The notes beneath the pieces are model-generated. The model was not told the origin of the DNA. It saw nothing but the letters and a program-made list of their open reading frames with translations, and ran no database searches. A stretch of 63,757 nt of DNA, counting the filler, from Octopus bimaculoides (taxonomy: Eukaryota): the NCBI RefSeq assembly GCF_001194135.2. It is 8 parts of 8 records of this genome, joined end to end, with 100 filler letters (N's around TTAATTAATTAA, not from the genome) between each part and the next. Parts side by side here need not be neighbours in the genome. Positions count along the whole stretch, not along the records: positions 1 to 2,746 come from NW_026413521.1; positions 2,847 to 9,813 come from NC_068993.1; positions 9,914 to 12,169 come from NW_026398833.1; positions 12,270 to 14,560 come from NC_069004.1; 4 more parts are not named here. The stretch is one strand, 5' to 3'. The position numbers were made by a program, and so were the translations under genes. Positions 1 through 12,990 of this stretch are shown here, piece by piece. Numbering within the stretch: position 1 is the first letter of the stretch; every line of letters begins with the position of its first letter.

Positions 1-99
1 GAGGCTATAGTAAAAGACACTTGCCCAAAGTGCCACGCAGTGGGACTGAAGCCGGAACCATTGTGGTTGGTAAGCAAGCTACTTACCACACGGCCACTC
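1..99 (-). mobile_element. tRNA-derived SINE (family A), 5' head
   Basis: Reverse complement reads GAGTGGCCGTGTGGTAAG...GGTTCCGGCTTCAGTCCCACTGCGTGGCACTTTGGGCAAGTG, with A/B-box-like motifs. Related pieces occur at 3089, 8052, 48465 and 51830. Confidence 0.85.
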
Positions 100-119
100 A
101 TACGTGACAAAAGTTTTTA

Positions 120-1070
120 TAAATGCTTCGGATAGCGTCCTTCAAATTTTAGATATAAATCAATACAAATTTGAGTGCATTTAGCTCTTATTTCAAGCAC
201 GAATAATGGTCTATAATGAGTGATTTATAAAGTGTCATTCAATTTTTATATGAAAGACAACATAAATTTCAGGGTTCTTGGCTGTTATTTCTAGCGTGAA
301 ATATAAACTACATATGGAGAAAATAATTATAAAGGCTTCTGAAACTGTCCTTCAATTTGATACGCAAATCAATGCGAATTTGAGGGGTATTTGGTTACTA
401 TTTTTAGCATGTAAGGCCACTTATAAGATTTTTTTTTTAATCCAAATGCTTCATAAAGTCCTTTCTCATAAGAAAAACAACGCAAACTTAAATGTACTTC
501 GCTGATGTTTCTAGCATTATGACTGATCACATAAAATATATAAAGCTTATGAATCAATCGTTCACTTTTATACGAAAAAGAACACAAATTTTAGGGTACT
601 TGACTCTTGTATCCAGAATGATGTGATACTACCTACAGGACAAATTGTTTTATACATACTCCTTATAGTGTCCTTCAGTTTTATGTGATAACAACAAGAA
701 TTTTAGGTGACCTAGTTGTTATTCTTTGCATAGCGTGTGGCCATATATTGGAAACTATTATTATTTTTTTATATTTATTATTATTTCTTAAATTGTCTTT
801 CAATTTTATATGAAAACCATGCATACATGAGAGCACTTGGTTGGTATTTTTAGCCTTATGTGAGACCCCCTACGGGACAATATTTGTAATAAATACTTCC
901 TAAAGTCTCCTTCAATTTCTATTCGAAAAATAACAAATTTTAAAGTACTAGGCTGTTATTTGTAGCTTTATGTGAGACTTCATATTTGTTGCGTAAATGC
1001 ATCGTAAAGTGTCTTTCAATTTTTTGTGAAAAACTTAGCTGTTATTTCTAACATGATGCGAAACCACTTA
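120..1070. repeat. Degenerate ~110-bp tandem array (about 9 units)
   Basis: The motif GT(C/G)(C/T)TTCAATTTT...AAATTT(T)AGGGTACTTGGCTGTTATTTCTAGC recurs near 137, 232, 346, 457, 555, 668, 794, 905 and 1010. Confidence 0.7.
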
Positions 1071-1099
1071 TAGGTTATATATTTATGTATGTATAAGGG

Positions 1100-1144
1100 G
1101 AGAGAGGCGGAAAGGCGTAATGATACAGAAATATATATGAGATG

Positions 1145-1231
<87 letters not shown>

Positions 1232-1657
1232 GAAACAAGTATACAGACAGACATAGGCCAAAGACAGCGAGAAACACAGAAACAGGCTGCCGGATAGAGA
1301 GAAAGAGACAGACCGATAGTGAAACAAACAGTGAGAGAGACAAAGACAGAAAGTGAAAGAATTAGACAGAGGGTGTAACAGACAGATTGTCGGACAGGCG
1401 GATAGTCAGACAGACAGATAGACAGTCAGTGTCTCATACAATCAACTATTTGTTTCATTAAGCCCTCTCTCATATTTCCATATATCACTCTTACGTCTTT
1501 TTAATTCGTTTACTACCCACGAAACTATCGGCATTTTCCCTTTGTGATGTTTGTATAGGACAAGTATACCTTTTACTTTATCTACATCTCTCCCCATCTC
1601 TCTTTCTCTTCTCTCTGTTTCTCTCTCTTTCTTTTTCTTTCTCTGTTTCTCTCTCTT

Positions 1658-1688
<31 letters not shown>

Positions 1689-1689
1689 C

Positions 1690-1738
<49 letters not shown>

Positions 1739-1867
1739 CACTGATCTACAATGAAAGACGTGCCTTCCTACGTCACTTAAAGTGCTAGAAACAACAGTAA
1801 AACTTTAACAAAGATATAGAGAGAATCAGAGAGAGAAAAAGGTAGACAGACAGACAGACAGATAAGC

Positions 1868-1926
<59 letters not shown>

Positions 1927-2050
1927 AGGCAGCAGACAGAGAGACCGAAAAAGAGACAGACAGCAACGAACAGACTGTGAATGAGAGACAGAGGGAAAGA
2001 TAGTGACGGACAGATGGAGAGAGAGAGAGAGAGAGAAATAGACAGACATA
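1100..2050. repeat. Compound (AG)n/(CT)n/(AGAC)n microsatellite region
   Basis: Directly visible; it produces the SLSL/ERER ORFs. Confidence 0.9.
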
Positions 2051-2388
2051 AAAAAAGACCACCGATTAATACCCAAGGGCAAGTCGAGAAGACATTTGAC
2101 ACTGATTATAATTTAAGTATAAATTTTCACGCTTTTAAAAGGAAACAGTCGTGAAATATACCACTCAATATATCCGTATTTAGAATGCTACCGTGCACAA
2201 ACACGCTTAAATAACTTTTTACTTTCATATATAACATATAAACAAGTACATCTTTTAGAAAATTGTCATTTTATAAGATTTTACTGACAAATATTTAAAT
2301 TAATATAAACATTTATTTACATGAAAGAAAATTACCGGAGAACTTTCATCTAATTCTTCCAAATCTTTCTGTTTGTAGTGAAACCATT

Positions 2389-2638
2389 GGTAAATTTTCA
2401 GATTAACACCCGCACAATTTTCACTAGAGTGTTAGGGTTAGGGTTTTAGGGTCAGGGTTAGGGTTTTAAGGTTAGTTTTAGGGTTACGGTTACGGTTAGG
2501 GTTTTAGCGTTAGGGTTTTAAGGTTAGGGTTAGGGAATTCCGTCCCTAACCCTAACCTTAAAACCCTAACCCTAACCCTAAAACCCCAACCCTAACACCC
2601 TAGTGAAAATCATGCTGGTGTTAATCTGAAAATTTACC
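2389..2638. mobile_element. Fold-back MITE with head-to-head (TTAGGG)n/(CCCTAA)n arrays; termini are Merlin-like
   Basis: Ends are GGTAAATTTTCAGATTAACACC... and ...GGTGTTAATCTGAAAATTTACC. Identical 8-bp flanks AAACCATT at 2381-2388 and 2639-2646. Central spacer AATTCCGT. Confidence 0.85.
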
Positions 2639-2790
2639 AAACCATTTGTGGGGATCTTTTTTTTTTTATCACAGCAAATGGTCGCACACCACAAGATTTA
2701 ACAGCACCTACTGAAACAAGCGAGCACGCTCGCAGCATTACCACGCNNNNNNNNNNNNNNNNNNNNNNNNNNNNNNNNNNNNNNNNNNNN

Positions 2791-2802
2791 TTAATTAATT
2801 AA
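2791..2802. other. Assembly gap linker TTAATTAATTAA (also at 9858, 12215, 14605, 25288, 52442, 56594)
   Basis: The same 12-mer, with stops in all six frames, always sits inside N runs. Confidence 0.95.
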
Positions 2803-2846
2803 NNNNNNNNNNNNNNNNNNNNNNNNNNNNNNNNNNNNNNNNNNNN

Positions 2847-2975
2847 CATAGACCCTTGAAAGACGAAGGACAGTGTCAACCTCCGTGGGATTTGAACTCA
2901 GAACATAAAGACCAGCGAAACGCCGCTCGGCATTTTGCCTAGTATGGAAATGATTCTGTCCGTTCGTCGCGTAAC
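2847..2975 (-). mobile_element. tRNA-derived SINE (family B) fragment
   Basis: GATTTGAACTCAGAACATAAAG...GAAACGCCGCTCGGCATTT matches copies at 41090-41420, 44605-44930 and 50168-50715. Confidence 0.75.
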
Positions 2976-3088
2976 CTGCACCTATAGATTGAATATATTT
3001 TCTTTCTTGTTTCTTTTAATTATATATTCTACCTTCTTTTGTGTATTTATATATACAATTTTTTATAATTTTTTTATACTGTGTATAA

Positions 3089-3210
3089 GCGCAGGTGTGG
3101 CTGTGTGGGAAGAAGCTTGCTTCCCAACCACATGCTTCCGGATTCAGTCCCACTGCCGACCAAAGCCTTGTGAGTAGATTTGGTAGACGGAAACTGAAAG
3201 AAGCCCCTCG

Positions 3211-3265
<55 letters not shown>

Positions 3266-3500
3266 ACATACATATGTGTGTGTGTGTGTTTGTCCCCCCA
3301 CCTTCGTTTGACAACCGATGTTGGTATGTTTATGTCTCCATAACTTAGCGGTTCGGCAAAAACAGACCGATAGAATAAACTCTAGGCTTACAAAGAATAA
3401 GTGCTGAGGTCGATTTGTTCGACTAAAAACCTTCAAGGCGATGCTCCAGCGCGGCCGCAGTCAAACGACTGAACCAGATAAAAAGATGAAAGAATAGAAG
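3089..3500 (+). mobile_element. SINE family A, near full length with an internal deletion and internal (TATC)n
   Basis: Head GCAGGTGTGGCTGTGTGG...TTCCGGATTCAGTCCCACTG; core GATTTGGTAGACGGAAACTGAAAGAAGCCC; 3' end GCAGTCAAACGACTGAA...AAAGAATA. Confidence 0.85.
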
Positions 3501-4216
3501 AATCTATGTAACGGAGCCGGGTGATAAGAAGGGTGGGGGTGAGTCACCCCATCTTCACCCGGCTTAGTCGTGAAAAGGGGTATCGCTCGCAACCCACGTC
3601 CTTATAGATCACTTACGTTGCTGACCTTTTTGACATAATTAAATCTCATTAGTGGCAACCGGGTATGTTTATGTGTGTATCTGCGTGTGTGTGAAAATAT
3701 TCATCTATGTATGTTTATGTATATGTATATATAAGAATGTAAGTGTGCGCGTGCGAAAACATACGTAGGAGCACGTTTCTATGAATATGTATGTGTGCGT
3801 TTGTGCATTTGTGTGAGTATATGTATCTTTCTGTAAAATAGTATGGGGTTTATGTATGGTTCTGTTTCTACGTGTGTGAATATATATGTGTCCATGTGTG
3901 TATACGAGTGAGTGTGTGAATGCGTACGTGTATGTGTATGTGATTTTCACTACTGTCGTGTTTGTTTGTTTTTGTATTTTTTTCCCTTGTCCCCTTAATA
4001 CGAGATCAAGAAGTAGTTTCTCACGCCTTATCCCCTTGGGTTTCTTATCAGTCTCGTGGTCGTGTCCTGAGATTGAACCAGGTAAATACGCACACATACA
4101 CTTACATAAAGATACGTGCGTGCACAAACGCACATATATGTGTGTTACTCTGTATTTATGTATGTTTATACATACATACATTTAGTTATATATGTATATA
4201 CATACATACATACATA

Positions 4217-4269
<53 letters not shown>

Positions 4270-4454
4270 NNNNNNNNNNNNNNNNNNNNNNNNNNNNNNN
4301 NNNNNNNNNNNNNNNNNNNNNNNNNNNNNNNNNNNNNNNNNNNNNNNNNNNNNNNNNNNNNNNNNNNNNNNNNNNNNNNNNNNNNNNNNNNNNNNNNNNN
4401 NNNNNNNNNNNNNNNNNNNNNNNNNNNNNNNNNNNNNNNNNNNNNNNNNNNNNN

Positions 4455-4565
<111 letters not shown>

Positions 4566-4827
4566 ATATACATAGATATATACATATATACATCTATACA
4601 CACACACATATATATATATACACTCACACACGCATACATACATAAATACACAAATACACAGACACAAACAGATATAACAGTTAAGAAATTATCTCTTTCG
4701 TTTATTAATTGTATGAAGCATCTGGGGTGAGACTGTTAAAACAGGTTTGTGCGAGATATACAGGGTGGGGTGTTGAAGTGCCTACCCAACGGGTATGTAT
4801 ACCAATGTACTTATGTGTGCATGTGTG

Positions 4828-4868
<41 letters not shown>

Positions 4869-5140
4869 TGCTGATAGTGATGACAATAGTGACGAAGGGA
4901 GAAAGCACGTCATCAGGGTTTTGGGGTGTGAGGTTGAAATAAAGGGTGGATAAGGAAGATCTCGGAACTAATGCTGTTGACGTGAAGGACACTGGCTGTG
5001 GGGTGGAGGGCGTAGATGAAAAGAAATGGTGTTGATAGCAACCACATCGACTCTCACAACACATCACTACGACCACGTCCACGTTCAGCCGAACCATCCT
5101 ACTAACCAAAACACCCGATAACCCGAACCACCCGAGAACA

Positions 5141-5300
5141 GTTGTTGTTGTTGTTGTTGTTGGCACTCCGTCGCTTATGACGTCGAGGGTTCCAGTTGAT
5201 CCGATCAACGGAACAGCCTACTCGTGAAATTAACGTGCAAGTGGCCGAGCATTCCACAGACACGTGTACCCTTAACGTAGTTCTCGAGGGATATTCAGCG
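5141..5300 (-). mobile_element. SINE family E, 3' portion with (CAA)n tail
   Basis: About 90% identical to 57154-57300. Confidence 0.8.
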
Positions 5301-5805
5301 AGAGATATTCAGGGAAATTAGAGGCAGACGAATCGAAAAATATGTCTACAGCAAAAATGTCAACGTGTTTATACACGAAAACACAGCAGTAACATGGTAA
5401 ATTATAATAATAATAATAAGCAACAAATAACCGTGAAACGTAATTGGACGAATATAAGTGGTTTCTGGCAAAGAAGAGTGCACTTAATGTTTAGAAACAG
5501 TCGGTCATATGCTGAAGAATTAGAGTACTGAGAAGTTGTGTGTGAATGAGTTTAAGAATGAAGAGTGTTTATTAAAGAATGTGTTAGCCAGAGTAAAGAA
5601 TTTGAAGGGAAATATTGATGTATTAGTGTAATAGTGAGTAAATGTGGTGGATGTATTATTGACATAACATAATAGTGTGTGATATCGGCATAACAAGAAG
5701 AGTGCAATAATTGACATAATGGTATAATGGGATGTGATATTGATGTATCGCAGTGAACTGTAATTATATACATGCATACATATATATATATGTGTGTGTG
5801 TGTAC

Positions 5806-5855
<50 letters not shown>

Positions 5856-5996
5856 GCATAAATGTATATACGTATATAGATAAATATATAAATGAATATG
5901 TATAAATACGTGTATTTATGTACATATATGTCCATATATATATGTGCATATATGTATATACATGCTTATATACATACATATTTACACATACACACA

Positions 5997-6041
<45 letters not shown>

Positions 6042-6136
6042 GCATACACTTTATATAAATATATATATACATACACATTCACACAAGACAAAAATTTAAG
6101 AACTAAATTATTACCAATCTTCGAAAAATATCTATA

Positions 6137-6179
<43 letters not shown>

Positions 6180-6886
6180 ATACTGAAATATACGTACATA
6201 TATATATGGACAATTCAATGTGCACACATACACACATACATACATATATAGCTTCGTGCATACACTCACACATACACACAAACGCCGACTCACACATTCA
6301 CACACACACATACACTTATACCTTACTTCAGAAATTTTTTACCAGTGCTTGTAACAATATCTAAACGTTGAAAGACTAAAAGTCTAAAGGAATGAAAGAT
6401 TGAACGAGTTTCTCCTCTCCACAATCTCCTCCACCTCTTTTCACGTCAATTCTCACCTTCAGACATGAAAGTTAATTGAACGAAAAATAACTTCCGACTT
6501 TCCCAAGAGAAATTAAACTAAAATCATTTTCCTTGATTTTTTTTTTCTTTGAAAGTAGGTTTTTTTTAAAACTTTTTTTTTTGTCTGAAGTTCTCGAAAT
6601 TTTATTTCTAGTTTTAGAAATCAGTGGAAAAGAAAATATTGGGAATAAATAATATATTTGGAACTGTGAAAACATATGACACATATGTTTATATGAGACA
6701 GGCTCTACGTATATTTGGAGTCTGGGCATACACGCACACACACACACACACACGCACACATTAATATATATATGCATATACACACATATGAATACATATG
6801 CACACACACATGTATGAATATATATGCACACACACACACATATGAATATATACCCATCGCACCCTGCATATAAATTCTTTTACACT

Positions 6887-6943
6887 TTTACTCTTTTATT
6901 TGTTTCAGTCATTTGACTGCGGCCATGCTGGAGCACCGCCTTT
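6887..6943 (-). mobile_element. SINE family A 3' tail, running into a gap
   Basis: TTTGTTTCAGTCATTTGACTGCGGCCATGCTGGAGCACCGCC is the reverse complement of the family A 3' end. Confidence 0.75.
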
Positions 6944-7276
6944 NNNNNNNNNNNNNNNNNNNNNNNNNNNNNNNNNNNNNNNNNNNNNNNNNNNNNNNNN
7001 NNNNNNNNNNNNNNNNNNNNNNNNNNNNNNNNNNNNNNNNNNNNNNNNNNNNNNNNNNNNNNNNNNNNNNNNNNNNNNNNNNNNNNNNNNNNNNNNNNNN
7101 NNNNNNNNNNNNNNNNNNNNNNNNNNNNNNNNNNNNNNNNNNNNNNNNNNNNNNNNNNNNNNNNNNNNNNNNNNNNNNNNNNNNNNNNNNNNNNNNNNNN
7201 NNNNNNNNNNNGCTCTACGTATATTTGGAGTCTGGGCATACACGCACACACACACACACACACGCACGCACATAAA

Positions 7277-7800
7277 CGGTGAGTTGTTAGAAGAGGTGAG
7301 TGTTTTTAAGGTATCTGGGATCACGTGACGTCGGATGGCGGGGTTGGCTGGGGAAGTGAGGGAGTTGGGTAAGATGCTGAGAGATAAAAGGTTGAGTATG
7401 AAAGCGAAAAGAGGTGTGTATGAAGGCGTGATTGTGCCAACAATGTTATATGGTGCAGAGACGTGGGGGCTGAGAGAGGCGGGAAGGAAGTGACTAGATG
7501 TGTGTGAGATGAAATGTTTGAGGGCTATGGTTGGCGTAACATGTATATAGACAGGATGAGGAATGAGGATGTGTGAAGGTGAGCATAAATGAGAGAAAAA
7601 CTAACAACCAAAATGATAGATGTGGTTTGGCCACATGGAGGGGATGGATGAAGAGTGGATGGTAAGGAGGGTGACAAAGGCAGAAGTGGTGGGCAATAGA
7701 ACCAGAGGCAGACCTCAGTTTATGTAGGTGGATGGAGTGAGACGTTGGAGTGAGAGAGAGACAAGAGAGTTTATAAATGATAGAAAAGCTTGGAGAGTGT
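7277..7800 (+). mobile_element. Degenerate RTE-clade LINE, 3' ORF fragment
   Basis: Translates to LSMKAKRGVYEGVIVPTMLYGAETWGL...EMKCLRAMVGV, WFGHMEGMDE and RGRP, with stops and frameshifts. Confidence 0.85.
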
Positions 7801-8051
7801 TTGTGGATGGATGAGTGAATTTGATGTTGCTCAAAGGGGTACGGAACCAGCATGATGCGGCGGGGGTAAACTAGCATAGGCTGTCGGGTCCCAGTGCTGA
7901 TATTGGGGGTTGCGTTCTAAGCTTTGATCCGATCATAGGACAAGGCTCACCTCTTTGAGCTGGGAAATGAATGGAATGCCTGGTGTGTGTCTTGTTGTGG
8001 CTACCCCCTCCTAAAAAAAATGGGGAATAGGCCTGGGGATATGATGATATG

Positions 8052-8186
8052 TATACGACAGGCTTCTTTTAGTTTCCGTCTACCAAATCCGCTCACAAGG
8101 CTTTGGTCGGCTCTAAGCTATAGAAGAAAACTTTCGCTCAAGGTGCCACGCGGTGGGACTGAACCCGGAACTATGTGTTTGGGAAG
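8052..8186 (-). mobile_element. SINE family A fragment
   Basis: TTTCCGTCTACCAAATCC...CAAGGTGCCACGCGGTGGGACTGAACCCGG. Confidence 0.8.
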
Positions 8187-8702
8187 TATATATATATATA
8201 AATAACTGAATTGTGAGAAGCTCACAAGCGTGCCCCCAATAAACGTGTGTATTCCGTTATTTTAGTTATTCAGATTAACCCTGGGATGTATTTAAATAAA
8301 TAGATGAATATATGTCTTGCAAACGAGCATTATAAGAAATCATTTCCAACTTATCCACGCACACTATTATGATATTATATTGATCATATTCTATACAAGC
8401 TGCCCGCGAGTGTTTCTTATATGCAAATGCATGGAAGTAGTGCATATTAATTACATCATTTCTTAAATAAATAACTCTAATCCGATTTCTCTCAGTGTCA
8501 AATGAACAGGACTACAAAATCTTCATAAGACACCAATAACGTGACCAAACTAGTTGAGCTGTTCTCGGCTTCGCCTTGTGTATGGAGCTTAGCCTTTGAA
8601 CAACAGTTTTCGGTTACATGACGTTGTTGATTTTATATTTGTGAAACGTACGCATTTATGAGGATTGGGATGTTATAGATTAACTTCACCTCATTCGCAT
8701 AT

Positions 8703-8736
<34 letters not shown>

Positions 8737-9052
8737 ATGTATGTATGTAACATATGGTATAATTATAAACAGGGCAAATTTTAACCATTTCTCAGTAGAC
8801 TGAAAAAAAGATGAATGGCAGACTTAACCACTTTTTCGAACCTTATAAGGGTCTCATCAGAGGCATCTGCATCATTCTGGCTGTCTCCAGAGAAATAAGT
8901 AGCCAAACTGTTTATATAATCAACACATGCAGCAGCTACTCTGTGAAGGAGTCCCTAATTTGCATACCGAAAGTGCTTAACACTATAAATACCAGCGGCC
9001 TGTCAACGAGAATCTTAGTCCACAGAGTATCAAGGTATGGTATAATAAGTAT

Positions 9053-9090
<38 letters not shown>

Positions 9091-10069
9091 TCNNNNNNNN
9101 NNNNNNNNNNNNNNNNNNNNNNNNNNNNNNNNNNNNNNNNNNNNNNNNNNNNNNNNNNNNNNNNNNNNNNNNNNNNNNNNNNNNNNNNNNNNNNNNNNNN
9201 NNNNNNNNNNNNNNNNNNNNNNNNNNNNNNNNNNNNNNNNNNNNNNNNNNNNNNNNNNNNNNNNNNNNNNNNNNNNNNNNNNNNNNNNNNNNNNNNNNNN
9301 NNNNNNNNNNNNNNNNNNNNNNNNNNNNNNNNNNNNNNNNNNNNNNNNNNNNNNNNNNNNNNNNNNNNNNNNNNNNNNNNNNNNNNNNNNNNNNNNNTAT
9401 ATATATATATATATATATATATACGTATTTATGTTTATATTTATGGTTATATGTGCGTGTATATATGTATGTATGCACGTATAATGCGTACTTGTATTAC
9501 TCTACATTTCCAAATTTAAATTTTAATTATAAATTTCTTTCTGTCTACCACTTACCTATGCATAATTATATAATTATAGTTAAGTGGACTATGTGTGTAT
9601 GTGTGTGAGTGTATACACGTGTGTAACATGTGTTTGTGTGTATGTATGCGTATGTTTGTATGTGCGTGCGTGTGCATGTGTTTATATATATAAAGAGAAT
9701 ATTGTACAACGCACATGCACGTACCGCTTAATATATATGCATATTTATATTTGTGTGTGCATGTATGCATGTATGTATGCACTATATATATATATATAAG
9801 TATATATATATATNNNNNNNNNNNNNNNNNNNNNNNNNNNNNNNNNNNNNNNNNNNNTTAATTAATTAANNNNNNNNNNNNNNNNNNNNNNNNNNNNNNN
9901 NNNNNNNNNNNNNGCCACTTGGCTGAAACACATAAATAAATAAATAAATAAATAAAAAATAAATACATATATATATAAATATATATATATATGTATATAT
10001 ATGTGTGTATGCATATATATATAGATAGATATATATATATGTGTGTGTGTATGTATGTATGTATATCTT

Positions 10070-10181
<112 letters not shown>

Positions 10182-11429
10182 CTTACGTGTAAGTAATAAA
10201 AAGGTGTGTCCCGGGTCAGTCAGTGCGCACCTATTGGCTAATTACAGGTGAGGCAAGGTAAGACGAGGTAGGGTGAGATAAGGTGCAGGCTGATTAGCAG
10301 TAACTGTTTGGGTGAGGGAGTGGGGGTCATATAAGGATAGGCTGCTTGTGAATAAATTGGGCTCAGCCGGTATTGAAAACATATTTAGGGATAAATGAGG
10401 GAGGTAGTATGGGTATGGGGCGGACGTGGGGTGGGCAATATACTCATATTGTATATGTTAAATAAGGGTGTTGGGCAGAAGAGGAGGTGAGGGGGTGGTG
10501 TGTATGAAAGAAGTGTGCTGTAGTCGTAATTTGGGAGGAGGGCTTTTGAGACGAGGTAACGGAAGAGCAGGAGGAGGAGGAGGAGGCGGAAGAGTGCAAA
10601 TGAGAAAGGACGGCAAATGAACGAAGGTGGAGGTTAGATATTGATGGAAAAGCGCACAAGTTTAATAGGTGGTCAAACGTGTTATATTTATATATATATT
10701 CTTTTATTTGTTTCAGTCCATTNNNNNNNNNNNNNNNNNNNNNNNNNNNNNNNNNNNNNNNNNNNNNNNNNNNNNNNNNNNNNNNNNNNNNNNNNNNNNN
10801 NNNNNNNNNNNNNNNNNNNNNNNNNNNNNNNNNNNNNNNNNNNNNNNNNNNNNNNNNNNNNNNNNNNNNNNNNNNNNNNNNNNNNNNNNNNNNNNNNNNN
10901 NNNNNNNNNNNNNNNNNNNNNNNNNNNNNNNNNNNNNNNNNNNNNNNNNNNNNNNNNNNNNNNNNNNNNNNNNNNNNNNNNNNNNNNNNNNNNNNNNNNN
11001 NNNNNNNNNNNNNNNNNNNNNNNNNNNNNNNNNNNNNNNNNNNNNNNNNNNNNNNNNNNNNNNNNNNNNNNNNNNNNNNNNNNNNNNNNNNNNNNNNNNN
11101 NNNNNNNNNNNNNNNNNNNNNNNNNNNNNNNNNNNNNNNNNNNNNNNNNNNNNNNNNNNNNNNNNNNNNNNNNNNNNNNNNNNNNNNNNNNNNNNNNNNN
11201 NNNNNNNNNNNNNNNNNNNNNNNNNNNNNNNNNNNNNNNNNNNNNNNNNNNNNNNNNNNNNNNNNNNNNNNNNNNNNNNNNNNNNNNNNNNNNNNNNNNN
11301 NNNNNNNNNNNNNNNNNNNNNNNNNNNNNNNNNNNNNNNNNNNNNNNNNNNNNNNNNNNNNNNNNNNNNNNNNNNNNNNNNNNNNNNNNNNNNNNNNNNN
11401 NNNNNNNNNNNNNNNNNNNNNNNNNNNNN

Positions 11430-11632
11430 CGAAAAAGTAATCCAGAATCCTTGTCCGGTACCAGATTGATACAAAAATCTAATCAATTTGTGCCAGTCAT
11501 GAGGCCAAATATCCCAGAAATTTCATCTGAATCCATTCAGTGGTTCTTGAGATGTCTTGTCTACGGACAATCAAACAAATAAGCAAACATGTCTAAAAGC
11601 AATACCACCGTCTGCGCTAAGGCAGAAGTAAT
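11430..11632 (+). mobile_element. Helentron-associated (HINE/DINE-1-like) non-autonomous element, 3' part
   Basis: AAATTTCATCTGAATCC...TTCTTGAGAT, then a short CAAA-type repeat, a terminal hairpin TCTGC-GCTAAG-GCAGA (11611-11626) and GTAAT. The layout matches HINE 3' ends; the family call is from recall. Confidence 0.55.
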
Positions 11633-11650
11633 AATAATAATAATGATGAT

Positions 11651-11689
<39 letters not shown>

Positions 11690-12126
11690 AGTAAGTATAA
11701 GCAACCAGTGCAATTGTAATACAGGCACAATTCAGCTTGGCCACAACCCGAATACCGTTGTGTTATATCTATAAAAGAAATCTTCGCAGCTCTGCTCGTA
11801 GAACGAAGTCAGGTAGGGGAGATCTAAACTAGCATTCCCTCATTTCAAGGAATCTGATTAACCCTCACGATAATCCATCAGGTGTAAAGATAATCCCAAT
11901 CTGGTGACTCTGGATTGTAAGTAGGATAATTCTTATCTCATCCTACAACAAAACTAAAAGCAAAAAAATATATATATATATATAATATATACATAGCATT
12001 ACTATAGTAGCCTTGTTTTTTTTGTTTTTTTTTTGAATCACGCAGATTAGGGAATTTCATGTGTGGTGCTTATTAAATATAGCCTTATAATAACACTAAA
12101 GCCTTTTTGATTATATGTGAGCCTCT

Positions 12127-12169
<43 letters not shown>

Positions 12170-12332
12170 NNNNNNNNNNNNNNNNNNNNNNNNNNNNNNN
12201 NNNNNNNNNNNNNTTAATTAATTAANNNNNNNNNNNNNNNNNNNNNNNNNNNNNNNNNNNNNNNNNNNNATATATATATATATATACACGGTGATATTCT
12301 TGGACTATTTAAAGAATTCATTCCAATCTTTT

Positions 12333-12383
<51 letters not shown>

Positions 12384-12589
12384 GTCTGTCTCTATCCTTA
12401 TCTCTCTCTCTCTCTCCTCTATAGATACAGACGGATTCACAAAGACACACGGACAAAAGCACACAGACATATATTTATATTTATATATATATACGTATAC
12501 ATGTGTTTCTAACGTATGTATGAAGATATATATATATATAAAAATATGTATAAATATATATTGATATTATATGGTGTGTGTGCGTGTAT

Positions 12590-12642
<53 letters not shown>

Positions 12643-12990
12643 TGTGTGTGTGCATGTGTGTGTATGTGCGTGTGTTTGTGTTCCTGTTGCGTTCATGGTT
12701 GTGGCTGTGTGTGTAAGTAGGCATATTTATGTAAATATTTCGTTCGGAAGCTACTTGACCTGAACTTGTGAGTTCAAAGAGAATTTGTTGTATCTCTTGA
12801 GAACCATTATGCCAAGAAATTTTATGTTTGTTTATTATTGGCATAATGACCCTCCCGAGATGCAAGAATATATATTTATTCACACACCAACACACACTCA
12901 TGCCCTCGCATACATATATATGAGTATCTACTCGCACTCATAAACGCACACACACACATGCACAAGCAGATATTTATGTAAGTGTATATG

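Noticed and set aside
2791-2802. Repeated palindromic TTAATTAATTAA (seven copies)
   Set aside because: Always embedded in N runs; it is an artificial scaffold linker.
3507-4106. Possible 600-bp solo LTR (TGTAAC...CTTACA)
   Set aside because: No matching TSD (ATCTA versus TAAAG), no second copy, and an interior that is largely microsatellite.
6703-7270. ~55-bp direct repeat on either side of a gap
   Set aside because: Most simply a contig overlap or two haplotypes joined across the gap.
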